A stretch of DNA of 64,000 nt from Candidatus Methanosuratincola mesotaenarum (GTDB taxonomy: Archaea; Thermoproteota; Methanomethylicia; Methanomethylicales; Methanomethylicaceae): contig JAULTC010000002.1 of NCBI GenBank assembly GCA_038801705.1, forward strand, positions 3,072-67,071, read 5' to 3'. Under the pieces are notes generated by a model. That model made no database searches and had not been told where the DNA came from. It saw nothing but the letters and a program-made list of their open reading frames with translations. The translations under genes were made by a program, and so were the position numbers. Positions 8,841 through 18,694 of the stretch are shown in pieces (position 1 is the stretch's first letter; every line of letters begins with the position of its first letter).

Positions 8841-10376
8841 TTGAAGGTCACTGTGAATGGAAAGGAGGTCGAGGCTGAAGGAGGGGAAAGCCTAAAATCG
8901 ATGCTGGAGAGGTCTGGTGCGAATGTGAGAAAGGGATGTATCATCGCAGTCAAGAAGATGGTAAAGGATGAGAGCATCGAAACGAACCTCTTTGAGATCA
9001 ATACCACTAAGGGCAGAATGGTGCTCAGGGTGGAGTGCGGAGGGATCCTCGAGAAGTGGAGGAATGCCTGCCACGGCTTTGAGGGGACGGGCGCGAGGTG
9101 GGCAACGAAGGACGCAGTGGTCTTTGGACCGACCATATTCGACGCCCAGCCCTCGATGGATCCAGTCACACTCGGAAGGTACGAAGTGACGCTGAGCCTC
9201 TCAGGGCTCAGCAAGGAGAATACTCACCTAGTCTTCTCAAGGCGGCCGCACTCGGCTTCCTACTATGCGCCCAAGGGTTGTTCTCTCTTGGGGAGAGTGG
9301 TCTACGGCAGGCACCTGATCGGGCTGCTCAGGATGGGAGACAGGATCCTGTCCGTGAAGCCCATAATCGAGTTCAGGGAGCTGGCAAAGTCGTTGATCAG
9401 GGGAGAGATGGGGTCTAGAGTCGAAGAGGGGGACAGAATCTACACCGAGGTCGGGATAGAGCTCGACTACGACTCCCCGGTCTGTGGAGAGCAGGCATAC
9501 AATGTACTGGAGGAAGGCATCCTCAATGTTTCATCAGAGACAGGGAGCTATGTCTGCAATGACGAGCATAGGGTGACCGCGCTCCCAGTAGAGAAGATCG
9601 GGGTTAGGAAGAGAGGAACCTTCACGATAAGGAATTCTGGAGAGAGAGTGGGCGCGGCATACATCTACAAGAAGGATGCGCCGCTAGTCCAGTCGCATAC
9701 GATCGTAGGCAGGATCTTCGACGGGAACGAGCTTGTGGATCTGGCAAAGGAGGGGGATCGCCTGGCGGTAACTGTCAGGCCGCCTAGAATCGATCTGCTT
9801 GGGAAGAGGCTCTCCGAGGCGAGGAGAATCCTTGAGGCATTGGGTGTAAAGCTGGAGGTAGATGGGGAGGGGAGGGATTCGGATGAGGAAGTGATCGTCG
9901 AGAATGAACCGCAGAACTCCCTCGAGATTTACAAGACGGGATCGGTCAGGTGCAAGGTGATTAACCCCCAGAGCATCCTGAAGATCAGGCTATACGAGAA
10001 GGCAGCCCCGAACTCCACCAAGTACTTCAAGGCAGCCACAGGGCTCGAGCGGAAGAAGTTCGGAAAGCTGAGGGTCTATTTCGCAACGCCGAGGATGGAG
10101 ATGGTCCTCTTCAAGGGGATAGACGAGATCGCAAAGGGTCTCAGGCCAGAGAACATGCCCTCTGGGAAGGTGGCTGCAGGCATGATAGGGATCACCAACA
10201 CGGCGAAGAAGTTTGCGGGGATGATTGGCATCAGGATCACTGAAAGCGATAAGTTTGGCCCCACGGCAGAGAGCTTCGACGGGACGAACCTTGTCGGGGA
10301 GGTGGTTGGGGAAATCAACCTCCTCAGGAGGCTTAAGGAGGGGGACGAGATCTACGTCCAGGAGTTGAGAGAATGA
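8841..10376 (+). CDS. mmp3: methanogenesis marker protein 3 (cyclophilin-like folds)
   Basis: Motifs MKVTVNG, INTTKG, SLSGLSKENTHLVF, RNSGERVGAAYIYK, GITN and FGPTAESFDGTN. Confidence 0.92.
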   Translation: MKVTVNGKEVEAEGGESLKSMLERSGANVRKGCIIAVKKMVKDESIETNLFEINTTKGRMVLRVECGGILEKWRNACHGFEGTGARWATKDAVVFGPTIFDAQPSMDPVTLGRYEVTLSLSGLSKENTHLVFSRRPHSASYYAPKGCSLLGRVVYGRHLIGLLRMGDRILSVKPIIEFRELAKSLIRGEMGSRVEEGDRIYTEVGIELDYDSPVCGEQAYNVLEEGILNVSSETGSYVCNDEHRVTALPVEKIGVRKRGTFTIRNSGERVGAAYIYKKDAPLVQSHTIVGRIFDGNELVDLAKEGDRLAVTVRPPRIDLLGKRLSEARRILEALGVKLEVDGEGRDSDEEVIVENEPQNSLEIYKTGSVRCKVINPQSILKIRLYEKAAPNSTKYFKAATGLERKKFGKLRVYFATPRMEMVLFKGIDEIAKGLRPENMPSGKVAAGMIGITNTAKKFAGMIGIRITESDKFGPTAESFDGTNLVGEVVGEINLLRRLKEGDEIYVQELRE

Positions 10377-10789
10377 TCAAGACCTTTTTAGTGATCCTAT
10401 CTCCGGACTCCAGCTTGACGCCTTCGATGCTTGTCGAGAAGGCTGCCGAGACTGGTGGAATAGACTACAAGGAGACCTGCTACGGCCTGCTCGTGGAGGG
10501 GGAAGAAGAGAAGGTCAGACCTATCCTTGAGGAGATGAGGGCGCTTGACCCAAAGAAGGTCTTCTACAAGCAGAGGGGGTACAGGATCGGCGATGACAGG
10601 ATCTGCAGGGCAAAGAAGGGTGGGGGGCCTAGACCAGGCTACCATATGCTCAGCTCGGAGCGCGAGGTACTGAAGAATGTATCCAGGGCGCTCGAGTTTG
10701 AGGGCGAGGCGCCTCCTGAAAAAGAGAAGACCAGTCTAGAAGTGGAAAAGCTGAAGAGAATAATCGAGGCGGAGAGTGGGAGAGATTAA
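10373..10789 (+). CDS. mmp6: methanogenesis marker protein 6
   Basis: Motifs KETCYG and RGYRIGDDRICRAKKGGGPRPGYHML. Confidence 0.92.
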   Translation: MIKTFLVILSPDSSLTPSMLVEKAAETGGIDYKETCYGLLVEGEEEKVRPILEEMRALDPKKVFYKQRGYRIGDDRICRAKKGGGPRPGYHMLSSEREVLKNVSRALEFEGEAPPEKEKTSLEVEKLKRIIEAESGRD

Positions 10790-11342
10790 GATATTCGTCG
10801 ACTCCTCTGATGAGTTCGGCGGCCAGCAGTACAAGTACATCGCTGAGAAGAGCGTAGAAGACTTGGGGCTGGGAGGAAGCATCGAATCGATTGGCATGGT
10901 CATAAGGATCGAGGAGCCAGTCTTCATCATAGCAATAAGGTACAAGGAGGTAACAGGCAAGAACACGCTCGGGGAGGCGGCCTACATCGACTCGAGGAAG
11001 AATGGCATCAGGGTAACGCTCAGCAGTGAGATCTTCCTTGGGGACGCACTCAAAGCCCTCTGGTCAAAGTACGGCAGGGACAGGGTCGAGCAGATAGGCA
11101 GGCTCGAGATATTTGTCTCAGGCGGCGATCCGGAAGAAGTAAAGGGGATAAGGCTCAGCGAAAAAGGTTATGACCTGGAGTCTAGGATAAGCGAGCTTGC
11201 AGCAAGGATCATCCCAGAGGGGTTTAGGGTGAGGGGCTCGACAAAAAAGAAAGGGATGCTAACAATAATCGCCTCAGAAGATCCGATAACGGAGGGATGG
11301 AGAAAGCTAGCCGCAAAACTGGAGGAAGAAACCCGTGCTTAA
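10776..11342 (+). CDS. mmp17: methanogenesis marker protein 17
   Basis: Motifs EPVFII, LWSKYGRDRVEQ..R, RIIPEGFRVR and IASED. Confidence 0.88.
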   Translation: MGEIKIFVDSSDEFGGQQYKYIAEKSVEDLGLGGSIESIGMVIRIEEPVFIIAIRYKEVTGKNTLGEAAYIDSRKNGIRVTLSSEIFLGDALKALWSKYGRDRVEQIGRLEIFVSGGDPEEVKGIRLSEKGYDLESRISELAARIIPEGFRVRGSTKKKGMLTIIASEDPITEGWRKLAAKLEEETRA

Positions 11343-12237
11343 GTACATGCTCTTCGAAGGCGGCCTGTATAAGCACGAGAGGATACTCGAGTTCCTCGAG
11401 GACGTGGGCGGATTTTTGGTGCAGAAGACGGTTGCTGGCCTGGATCTGATAATGAACTTGGCCCTCCCAGAGGAGGAACTGGAGGGGCTCTCAAAGATAG
11501 TCTCTGATCTGAAGGGCAAGCTTACGTATGCGCCCCTGGTCGGGACAGAGATAGGCGTAGTTGCTCCGACGCTCTCCAGGCACCACCTGCCACACCCTGC
11601 GTGTGATATTGCAGAAAATCTTAGGAGGCACGGGGCGAAGACGAATATAATCGGGCTCTCTAGGGGGGTCGGACAGAAGATAGTCCACACAACGACGAAG
11701 GAAAAGGAGCTGATCGAGGAGCACGACATCGCGGTATTCACCCTAGGTAACTTCGAGACCTGCCTGTTGAAGAAGACCAGGCTTTTCAATGAGATCGAGG
11801 TGCCGGTGATTGTGACAGGGGGCCCCTTGATGAAGGTCATCCAAGGTGCTGAAGCTTACGTCGGCGGTATAGGCAGGTACCCCGAGAGGGCAAGGACAGG
11901 GGAGACGATCGACAGGCTGAGGGAGGTCTCGAGGGTCGCTGGCGAGCTCGTTGAGGAGAGGAGGAGGGAGATGGATCTTGATCCACTAGTCGTCGACCCG
12001 ATCATTGTGAAAGGGGAGATCGAGAGACAAGTACCGGAGTCCACCGAGGCGCTATCCCCAAACCCCGTCACGCTCAAGATAGACGGGGTGAGGGTGAAGC
12101 TCCTATATGACGAATACAAAGATAGGATAGGTGGCGTCGACATCGAGGGCAGAAAGCTCTCCGAGTTCGCTACAATAAAGAGGTCGCTGATGAGGAACTA
12201 CATCCTGGTGAAGGTGCTTCCTAAGTCAATGTTTTGA
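11335..12237 (+). CDS. mmp7: methanogenesis marker protein 7
   Basis: Motifs FEGGLYKH..EDVGG, GTEIGVVAPTLSRHHLPHPACDIAE and DGVRVKL. Confidence 0.93.
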   Translation: MLKYMLFEGGLYKHERILEFLEDVGGFLVQKTVAGLDLIMNLALPEEELEGLSKIVSDLKGKLTYAPLVGTEIGVVAPTLSRHHLPHPACDIAENLRRHGAKTNIIGLSRGVGQKIVHTTTKEKELIEEHDIAVFTLGNFETCLLKKTRLFNEIEVPVIVTGGPLMKVIQGAEAYVGGIGRYPERARTGETIDRLREVSRVAGELVEERRREMDLDPLVVDPIIVKGEIERQVPESTEALSPNPVTLKIDGVRVKLLYDEYKDRIGGVDIEGRKLSEFATIKRSLMRNYILVKVLPKSMF

Positions 12238-12249
12238 GGGGGATCCGCT

Positions 12250-13929
12250 TTGTTGTTACAAGTCGTCGGACTCACGAAAAAATATCCTGAGAGCGGCATC
12301 ATTGCCCTCGATGGCATCTCATTCTCAGTGGGAGAGGGAGAGGTGGTAGGCATTGCGGGCAGGAGCGGCGCAGGAAAGAGCACGCTACTGAGGATACTGA
12401 GGGGCGTCGAGGGCTTCGACCAAGGGTTGGTAACCTTCGACGGGCTCAGGATCACGCCATCCTCCCCAAAGGCAGATCTTCTTGAGCTGCAGCGCAAGAC
12501 TGCAATCCAGCTCCAGAGAAGCTTTGGGCTTTGGCCCGACAGCGCAGTCGACAACTTGATAAGGGCACTGAGGTATTCGGACGGGTTCGATGAGACGGTC
12601 CCCGAGGCAGAGGGGGAATACAAGGAGTACTACGATAGGGCGATGGAGATACTCAGGGTAGTCGGGCTGGACAAGAGGGCAGGGCTCTGGTCAGAGGTGC
12701 TCAGCGGAGGCGAGAAGCAGAGGTTAATCATAGCCAGGCAGATAGCAAGGAGACCTAAACTGCTGCTGCTGGATGAGCCGGGCACAATGACTTGCCCTGC
12801 GACAAGAGAAGCATTGCTGGACGCGCTTAAGAGGGTTAACAGGGAGCTCGGCATCGCGATCCTCTTCGCCTCGCACAACCCCCAGACACACAGGTCGCTC
12901 TCGGAAAGGACGATGCTTATTGACAGAGGCAAGGTTTTGTTGGACGGGAGGACAGAGGCTGTACTGGACAGGTTCCTCTCCGGAATCGAGGATCCCATCG
13001 AAAAGACAAGGATCGACGGTCCTGTGGTCCTGAAGATCGAGGGGGCAAGCAAGACCTATAAGCTCATACCTTATGGCACGGTCTTCGAGATGGCCGAGAC
13101 AAGTCTCGAGTTCAGGAGGGGAGAGATCGCAGGGATCATCGGCCCTTCTGGTGCTGGTAAGACAGTCATCCTCAGGATGCTCTCTGGGCTCGAGCTACCG
13201 GACAGGGGGGAGGTGAGGATAACGTACAAGGGGGAGTGGGTGGTCCTAGGCAAGTTTGGCAGGAAGAATATGCTTGCGAGGCGGCGCATCGGGGTCCTCC
13301 ATCAGGAATTTGACCTGCCTCACTTCGCTAGGGTTCTGGATCTCTTTGCCGCAAAGCTCGGACTCAAGGACTATAGCTCACTCGAGGCTGCGCTGAAGAG
13401 GGGGAAAAGGGAAGGGCTCTCAGATGAGGCGATAGACGCACTCAGCAGGGTCTATGAACTCCCAGAAGGCGAGATGAAGGCAAAGCTGACTGAGATGGGG
13501 ATAAGCCAGGACCTGTTAAAGGAGCTGTTCAGATCGAAGGATCCCGAGAAGGCGAGGGACGTGGCGCTTACCGTACTGGAGGCGGTGGGGTTGTCCCCTG
13601 GGATCCTCGACCGGAACGTCTACGAACTCAGCGGGGGTGAGAAGATAAGGGTCGCCTTGGCGCTGTCGCTGATCGCCAGCCCGAAGGTGCTCATTCTCGA
13701 CGAGCCCTTCGGCGACTTGGACCCCATTACGCTGAGGATGGTTGCAAATTCACTGAAGATGGTAAAGAAAAAGCTGAAACCTGCGATCGTGCTAGTTAGC
13801 CACCAGCTCGACCTCCTCGAGGAGGTCTCTGACCGGGCGATACTGATTGTGGACGGCAAGGTTGTGATGGACGGCGACCCGTCTTCGGTGGTAAAAAAGT
13901 TTTTGGAGGAGAGAGAACTTGGAGTTTGA
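12250..13929 (+). CDS. tandem ABC-ATPase, component A2 (AtwA) paralog without zinc motif
   Basis: Two NBDs (GRSGAGKS/LSGGEKQR/LLDEP and GPSGAGKT/LSGGEK/ILDEP), A2-like QLQRSFGLW and LHQEFDL, no transmembrane partner. Confidence 0.85.
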   Translation: MLLQVVGLTKKYPESGIIALDGISFSVGEGEVVGIAGRSGAGKSTLLRILRGVEGFDQGLVTFDGLRITPSSPKADLLELQRKTAIQLQRSFGLWPDSAVDNLIRALRYSDGFDETVPEAEGEYKEYYDRAMEILRVVGLDKRAGLWSEVLSGGEKQRLIIARQIARRPKLLLLDEPGTMTCPATREALLDALKRVNRELGIAILFASHNPQTHRSLSERTMLIDRGKVLLDGRTEAVLDRFLSGIEDPIEKTRIDGPVVLKIEGASKTYKLIPYGTVFEMAETSLEFRRGEIAGIIGPSGAGKTVILRMLSGLELPDRGEVRITYKGEWVVLGKFGRKNMLARRRIGVLHQEFDLPHFARVLDLFAAKLGLKDYSSLEAALKRGKREGLSDEAIDALSRVYELPEGEMKAKLTEMGISQDLLKELFRSKDPEKARDVALTVLEAVGLSPGILDRNVYELSGGEKIRVALALSLIASPKVLILDEPFGDLDPITLRMVANSLKMVKKKLKPAIVLVSHQLDLLEEVSDRAILIVDGKVVMDGDPSSVVKKFLEERELGV

Positions 13930-15817
13930 AGTAATATTCCTTCCAGAAGGGAAGAGGAGCAGGGTACCTGCAAACGCCACGCTTATGTCGGCGGCGCTAA
14001 AGGGGGAAGTGGATCTTGCGGCAATATGCGGAGGCAAGGGTTACTGCGGGAAGTGCATGGTAGAGGTCATCGACGGGAAGGTCTCTCCGCTGACGGACCA
14101 TGAGAGGAAGAGGATCCCAAAGGAGAAGCTTGATAAGAACTACAGGCTTGCCTGCCAGGCGCATGTGGAGGGCAATGTCACAATAAGAGTACCAGACCAG
14201 AGCAGGGTTGGAAAGCAGCGGCTCGTCATCATGGGGAAGGAACCGCCCATACAGATCAGGAGCAATGTCGAGAAGGTCTATCTGGAGCTGGTGCCGCCCT
14301 CGCTCGAGGATCCTACAGCGGACGACGAGAGACTCCTAACCGAGCTCGCGGTGAAAGGCTACCCGAACCTCGTGATCGACTCGCCAACAGCAAGGGATCT
14401 GCCAAGGGTGCTGAGGGATGCGGGTTGGAAGATTACGGCAGTGATCCTGGGAAGGAAGGAAGTCATCGCCATTGAAAAGGGGGACACGAGAGCGAGAAAG
14501 TACGGCCTGGCGGTGGACATAGGCACCACTAAGCTGGCAGTTTTCATAGTTGACCTGAATGATGGCACAATAGTTTACGCAGACGGCACGATGAACCCTC
14601 AGATAAAGTTCGGGGAGGACGTGATCTCCAGGATCAACTATGCGTCGCAAGGCAAGGCGCATCTTGAAGAGATACGGGGCACCATAGTTGAGGGGATAAA
14701 CAGCCTATTGAAATCAGGCGTCTCGGAGGTAGAGATAGGCATGGAGGAGGTTTACGAGGCGGTACTTGTAGGCAACACTGCGATGCACCACCTCTTCGCA
14801 GGGATAGACGTAAAGAGCCTCGGGCTGGCGCCGTATGCCGCAGGGGTTGGCAGGTCCTGCGACAACAAGGCAAGGGATATGGGCCTTGAAATTAACTCCT
14901 CAGGTAATGTGCACCTCCTCCCGAATGTAGCAGGGTTCGTGGGCGCAGACGCAATAGCGGACATGCTCGCATCTAGGCTTCATGAGAAGGAGAGGCTTAC
15001 GCTGCTCATGGACGTGGGGACGAATACAGAGGTCATGCTCGGAGACAAAAACTGCATTTGGGCTTGTTCAACCGCATCAGGCCCGGCCTTCGAGGGAGCG
15101 CACATAAAGTGTGGCATGAGGGCTGCGAGCGGTGCGATCGAGAAGGTTTGGATAGGCAACGACTTGAGCGTATCCTATAAGACCATTGACGACAAGAGGG
15201 CGCGCGGGATATGCGGTTCTGGCATGATTGATGCGGTAGCGGAGATGCTGAAGGCAGGCGTGATAGATACCTCGGGAAGGATACAGCAAGTAGGGGGCAG
15301 CATCAGGGACGGGGAGGGTGGAAGAGAGTTTGTGCTTGTCCCAAAGGAGGAGACTGAGACAGGCAAGGAGGACATAGTAATCACCCAAGATGACGTCAGG
15401 GAGCTCCAGAAGGCCAAAGCGGCAATCTACGCTGGATTCATGACGCTGGTGAGGAAGGGGGGGCTGGACAGAGGATCCCTGTCTGAGATAATAATCGCCG
15501 GCGCATTCGGGAACTACATCGACCCGAAGAACGCAAGGATAATAGGGATGATACCCGAGCTCCCGCTAGAGAGGATCTCATTTACGGGCAACACGGCTGG
15601 CTCAGGCGCGAGGCTTTGCCTGAAGTCGCTTGACGTGAGGCTTGAAGCCCAGACCGTTGCCTCAAGGATAAAATATATAGAACTTGCAGCACAGCCTATC
15701 TTTGAGGAAGAGTACATTAATGCGATGTACATGCCGAACAGCCGGTTAGAAGACTTCCCGGAAACCATGAGGGAAGTGAAGGCGCCGAGGGTAGTGAGGC
15801 GTTATGTCAGAAGATGA
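13919..15817 (+). CDS. ASKHA-family ATP-dependent reductive activase of corrinoid proteins (RACo/AcsV type, N-terminal 2Fe-2S)
   Basis: Motifs CGGKGYCGKC...RLAC, VDIGTT, GEDVISRI, DVGTNTEV, ASGPAFEG, GICGSG and AGAFG. Confidence 0.9.
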   Translation: MEFEVIFLPEGKRSRVPANATLMSAALKGEVDLAAICGGKGYCGKCMVEVIDGKVSPLTDHERKRIPKEKLDKNYRLACQAHVEGNVTIRVPDQSRVGKQRLVIMGKEPPIQIRSNVEKVYLELVPPSLEDPTADDERLLTELAVKGYPNLVIDSPTARDLPRVLRDAGWKITAVILGRKEVIAIEKGDTRARKYGLAVDIGTTKLAVFIVDLNDGTIVYADGTMNPQIKFGEDVISRINYASQGKAHLEEIRGTIVEGINSLLKSGVSEVEIGMEEVYEAVLVGNTAMHHLFAGIDVKSLGLAPYAAGVGRSCDNKARDMGLEINSSGNVHLLPNVAGFVGADAIADMLASRLHEKERLTLLMDVGTNTEVMLGDKNCIWACSTASGPAFEGAHIKCGMRAASGAIEKVWIGNDLSVSYKTIDDKRARGICGSGMIDAVAEMLKAGVIDTSGRIQQVGGSIRDGEGGREFVLVPKEETETGKEDIVITQDDVRELQKAKAAIYAGFMTLVRKGGLDRGSLSEIIIAGAFGNYIDPKNARIIGMIPELPLERISFTGNTAGSGARLCLKSLDVRLEAQTVASRIKYIELAAQPIFEEEYINAMYMPNSRLEDFPETMREVKAPRVVRRYVRR

Positions 15818-16349
15818 GTTCGTGAAGGCGCTGAAAGGGATCGAAGGTATAATCTCCGTAAAGGAATTGACTGAGGAGGAGAAGAGTGAAGTCCTGAAGC
15901 TCGAGGAGCAGGCTGAAAAAAGCGTCCTAATGGGCCTGTGCAGGGGAGTAAACATAGGGGTCAGGGAGACCCTAAACAAGGGAAGGGTCTTCGCTTGCGC
16001 TACCGACCGGTGCTTCAAGTGGCCACAGTCCTCCTACATAAAGATCGTATGTGGTGAGGAAGTGATAGGCGAGGATGTGAATGAGCAGCCGAGGCTCGAG
16101 AGGCTGAAGTCGGAAGGGAACATCGTAGCAGGCACACTGGTCTTTTATAGGGAAAAGATGCGGCTCTTGAAGGACAGGAGGGGCGACACAATGGTGCACA
16201 TACTGCCGCTAGAGATCGGGGAGATCATGGGGAAGAAGGCCATTGCCGGGAGCCCATCTCCGCCCGCAGACATGTACCTGAAAAGCAGGATGGGCATAGA
16301 CACAGGGAACAGTGCACTTGGGACGGTTTTGATTGGGATTGACGCGTGA
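15804..16349 (+). CDS. hypothetical protein, last gene of the mmp3 operon
   Basis: 181-aa ORF overlapping the RACo stop; contains GSPSPPADMYLK. Confidence 0.75.
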   Translation: MSEDEFVKALKGIEGIISVKELTEEEKSEVLKLEEQAEKSVLMGLCRGVNIGVRETLNKGRVFACATDRCFKWPQSSYIKIVCGEEVIGEDVNEQPRLERLKSEGNIVAGTLVFYREKMRLLKDRRGDTMVHILPLEIGEIMGKKAIAGSPSPPADMYLKSRMGIDTGNSALGTVLIGIDA

Positions 16350-16620
16350 AATACCCGACTGAACAAGGGCGAAATTTCCTGAGGGCTGGGCAAATGGCTC
16401 GAGCTGGATAATTTGATTGAATCGAGTTGGGACTTGCCACGGCAAGGGAAACACAGATCCTGGCGCCAAGCTGGTTGCAGAAAGAAAGCAAGCGAACAAG
16501 CAAGAAAGAAAACGAACATTCTGCACCCCCATACATGCCAAACAATCGGCAGGCGCTAATAGTGGTCGGTATTGCGAACATCTAAACCAATATAAGCATT
16601 CATGATCACAAACATACATA

Positions 16621-17133
16621 GTGGTTTTGTTGTGGAAGGAGATCACGAAGTTCTTTGAGGGCGCGCCTTCAAAACTGAAAGTCGCGAAACTGATGGTCGA
16701 GTTGGGCTTCAGTGTGAATGAAGCGGGCAGGATCGTCTGTGGTAATGTGGAGATCTCTGACGCGGACCTAGCAAGGGCTGCGGGCACGGATAGGAGGGTT
16801 GTAAGGCAAACTGTCGAGGAAATCATGAAGGATCCTCTGATGAAGAGGATCTTCACTGGGATAAAGCCAGCAGGCAGCTTCCTGAAAGAGATAGCCCCTG
16901 CGCTGGGGTACGGGGTGGTGGAAATCAGGGCGAAACCGGATGCGGTCGGCGTGATATCCCACGCCACTAAGCACATCTCGGAGGCTGGCATATCCATCAG
17001 GCAGATACTCGCTGAGGATCCGGAGCTCAACCCGGACCCGAAGCTGTTGATAATCACTGACAGGAAGGTTCCGGGAGAGGTGATATCAAAACTGCTCACG
17101 ATCCCGACCGTCACGAAAGTTAGCCTAAGCTGA
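16621..17133 (+). CDS. ACT-domain regulator of amino-acid metabolism (archaeal family)
   Basis: IVCGNVEI..LARAAGTDRRVV followed by the C-terminal ACT domain GVISHAT..ISEAGISIRQ..EDPEL. Confidence 0.85.
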   Translation: MVLLWKEITKFFEGAPSKLKVAKLMVELGFSVNEAGRIVCGNVEISDADLARAAGTDRRVVRQTVEEIMKDPLMKRIFTGIKPAGSFLKEIAPALGYGVVEIRAKPDAVGVISHATKHISEAGISIRQILAEDPELNPDPKLLIITDRKVPGEVISKLLTIPTVTKVSLS

Positions 17134-17288
17134 AAAAAGGCGCCCGAGTTCTGGCTGACAGGAATAATGATGGATGGGCAGATGGACAGCCAGACAGGTT
17201 GATGGCATAAGACCTTAGAAGGGCGGGCGGATAGCAAACCAGTTGCTTTCGGAAGCGCGGTTCATGCAAAAAAGGTTAAGAGAAAAGA

Positions 17289-18641
17289 TCAGGATATCTT
17301 CATAGGAATGTCATCGTAGTTGATGGACACAGCATCGCAGTTGATTACCTTTCCACTAAGGTATTCAGCGTAGCCGCCTAGGTCTAAGAGGCCATGACCA
17401 CTCAAGTTGAACAAGATTACCTTGTTCTCCTTGCATGCCTTTGCGATCTTTATTGCCGAGAGGACTGCATGCGCACTCTCAGGGGCAGGCACTATGCCCT
17501 CACACCTGGAAAAGAGTTTTCCTGCCTCGAAGACCTCGCGCTGCTTGACGGCGACTGCCTTTATGATCGAATTCTTCACGAGGGTGCTCAACGAGTACGC
17601 CGAGCCGTGATATCTCAGCCCGCCTGCATGGATGGGGGGCGTGACGAAATTGTGCCCCACGGTGTACATCGGGAAGAGGGGCGTCATCCCGGCGGTGTCC
17701 CCATAGTCATAAGCGTATACCCCGCGCGTGAAGGATGGGACAGCCTCGGGCTCGACTGCAATGAACTCCGCGTCTAGCTTGCCTGAAAGCTTCTCCTTTA
17801 CAAACGGGTACGCTAGCCCAGAGTAGTTGCTGCCGCCGCCGACGCAGCCGATTATGTAGTCAGGCTTGCGGTCGATGAGTTCCATCTGCTTCATGGCTTC
17901 CTGGCCGATGATCGTCTGGTGGAGGAGGACGAAGTTTGTGACTGACCCCAATGAGTACTTGGACTTCGGATCGTTCTTGACCGTCTCGATTGCCTCACTG
18001 ATCGCGATACCAAGGCTGCCAGGGTGGTTTGGCGTCTCCGAGAGGATCTTGCGCCCGAACTCTGTCACACTGCTCGGCGAGGCATGGACTTCTGAGCCGT
18101 AGAGCTCCATAAGCACCCTCCGATAGGGCTTCTGGTCGTGCGAAGCCCGAGTCATGAAGACTGTGCACCGCATGTCGAACATTGCACAGGCGAGGGATAG
18201 CGCCGAGCCCCACTGCCCGGCCCCTGTCTCGGTTACGAGCCGCTCAACGCCGTCCTTCTTGTTGTAGTACGCCTGGGCAATAGCCGTGTTGCCCTTATGG
18301 CTGCCCACAGGCGAGATCCCCTCGTATTTGTAGTATATCTCAGCAGGCGTCCCGAGGTACTCCTCCAGGCGCTTCGCCCTTATTATCGGCGTTGGCCTTG
18401 CCATCTTGACATATTTCTCCCTGACCTCGTTGGGTATGGCAATGTAGCGCTCCTGAGAGATCTCCTGCTCGATTAGGCTCCTCGGGAAGAACCACAGCGA
18501 GTCCAAGCCTGCTGGCTTCTTCGTCCTTGGATCGAGCGGAGGAGGGCATGGCTCTGGGAGATCCGGAACGATATTGTACCAGGACTTCGGTATTTCATCG
18601 ACAGGAAGGTCTATCCTCAGATCCTTACCAAAAACAGTCAC
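17289..18641 (-). CDS. trpB2: TrpB2-type tryptophan synthase beta-like PLP enzyme
   Basis: Motifs [31 protein letters not shown] and SGHGLLD; stand-alone, with no trpA nearby. Confidence 0.93.
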   Translation of the reverse strand: MTVFGKDLRIDLPVDEIPKSWYNIVPDLPEPCPPPLDPRTKKPAGLDSLWFFPRSLIEQEISQERYIAIPNEVREKYVKMARPTPIIRAKRLEEYLGTPAEIYYKYEGISPVGSHKGNTAIAQAYYNKKDGVERLVTETGAGQWGSALSLACAMFDMRCTVFMTRASHDQKPYRRVLMELYGSEVHASPSSVTEFGRKILSETPNHPGSLGIAISEAIETVKNDPKSKYSLGSVTNFVLLHQTIIGQEAMKQMELIDRKPDYIIGCVGGGSNYSGLAYPFVKEKLSGKLDAEFIAVEPEAVPSFTRGVYAYDYGDTAGMTPLFPMYTVGHNFVTPPIHAGGLRYHGSAYSLSTLVKNSIIKAVAVKQREVFEAGKLFSRCEGIVPAPESAHAVLSAIKIAKACKENKVILFNLSGHGLLDLGGYAEYLSGKVINCDAVSINYDDIPMKIS

Positions 18642-18694
18642 CCATTTTTTCCACCAATGATTTAGTTTGGAAATAGATAGCCATATTTAAGCTT

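Noticed and set aside
12250..13929. Ordinary transporter ATPase
   Set aside because: No permease nearby and A2-specific motifs are present.
16209..17237. Long antisense ORFs (e.g. 16209-17237, 20035-20778, 27366-28403, 49029-49781)
   Set aside because: Shadow frames of well-supported genes on the opposite strand, with no recognisable motifs.
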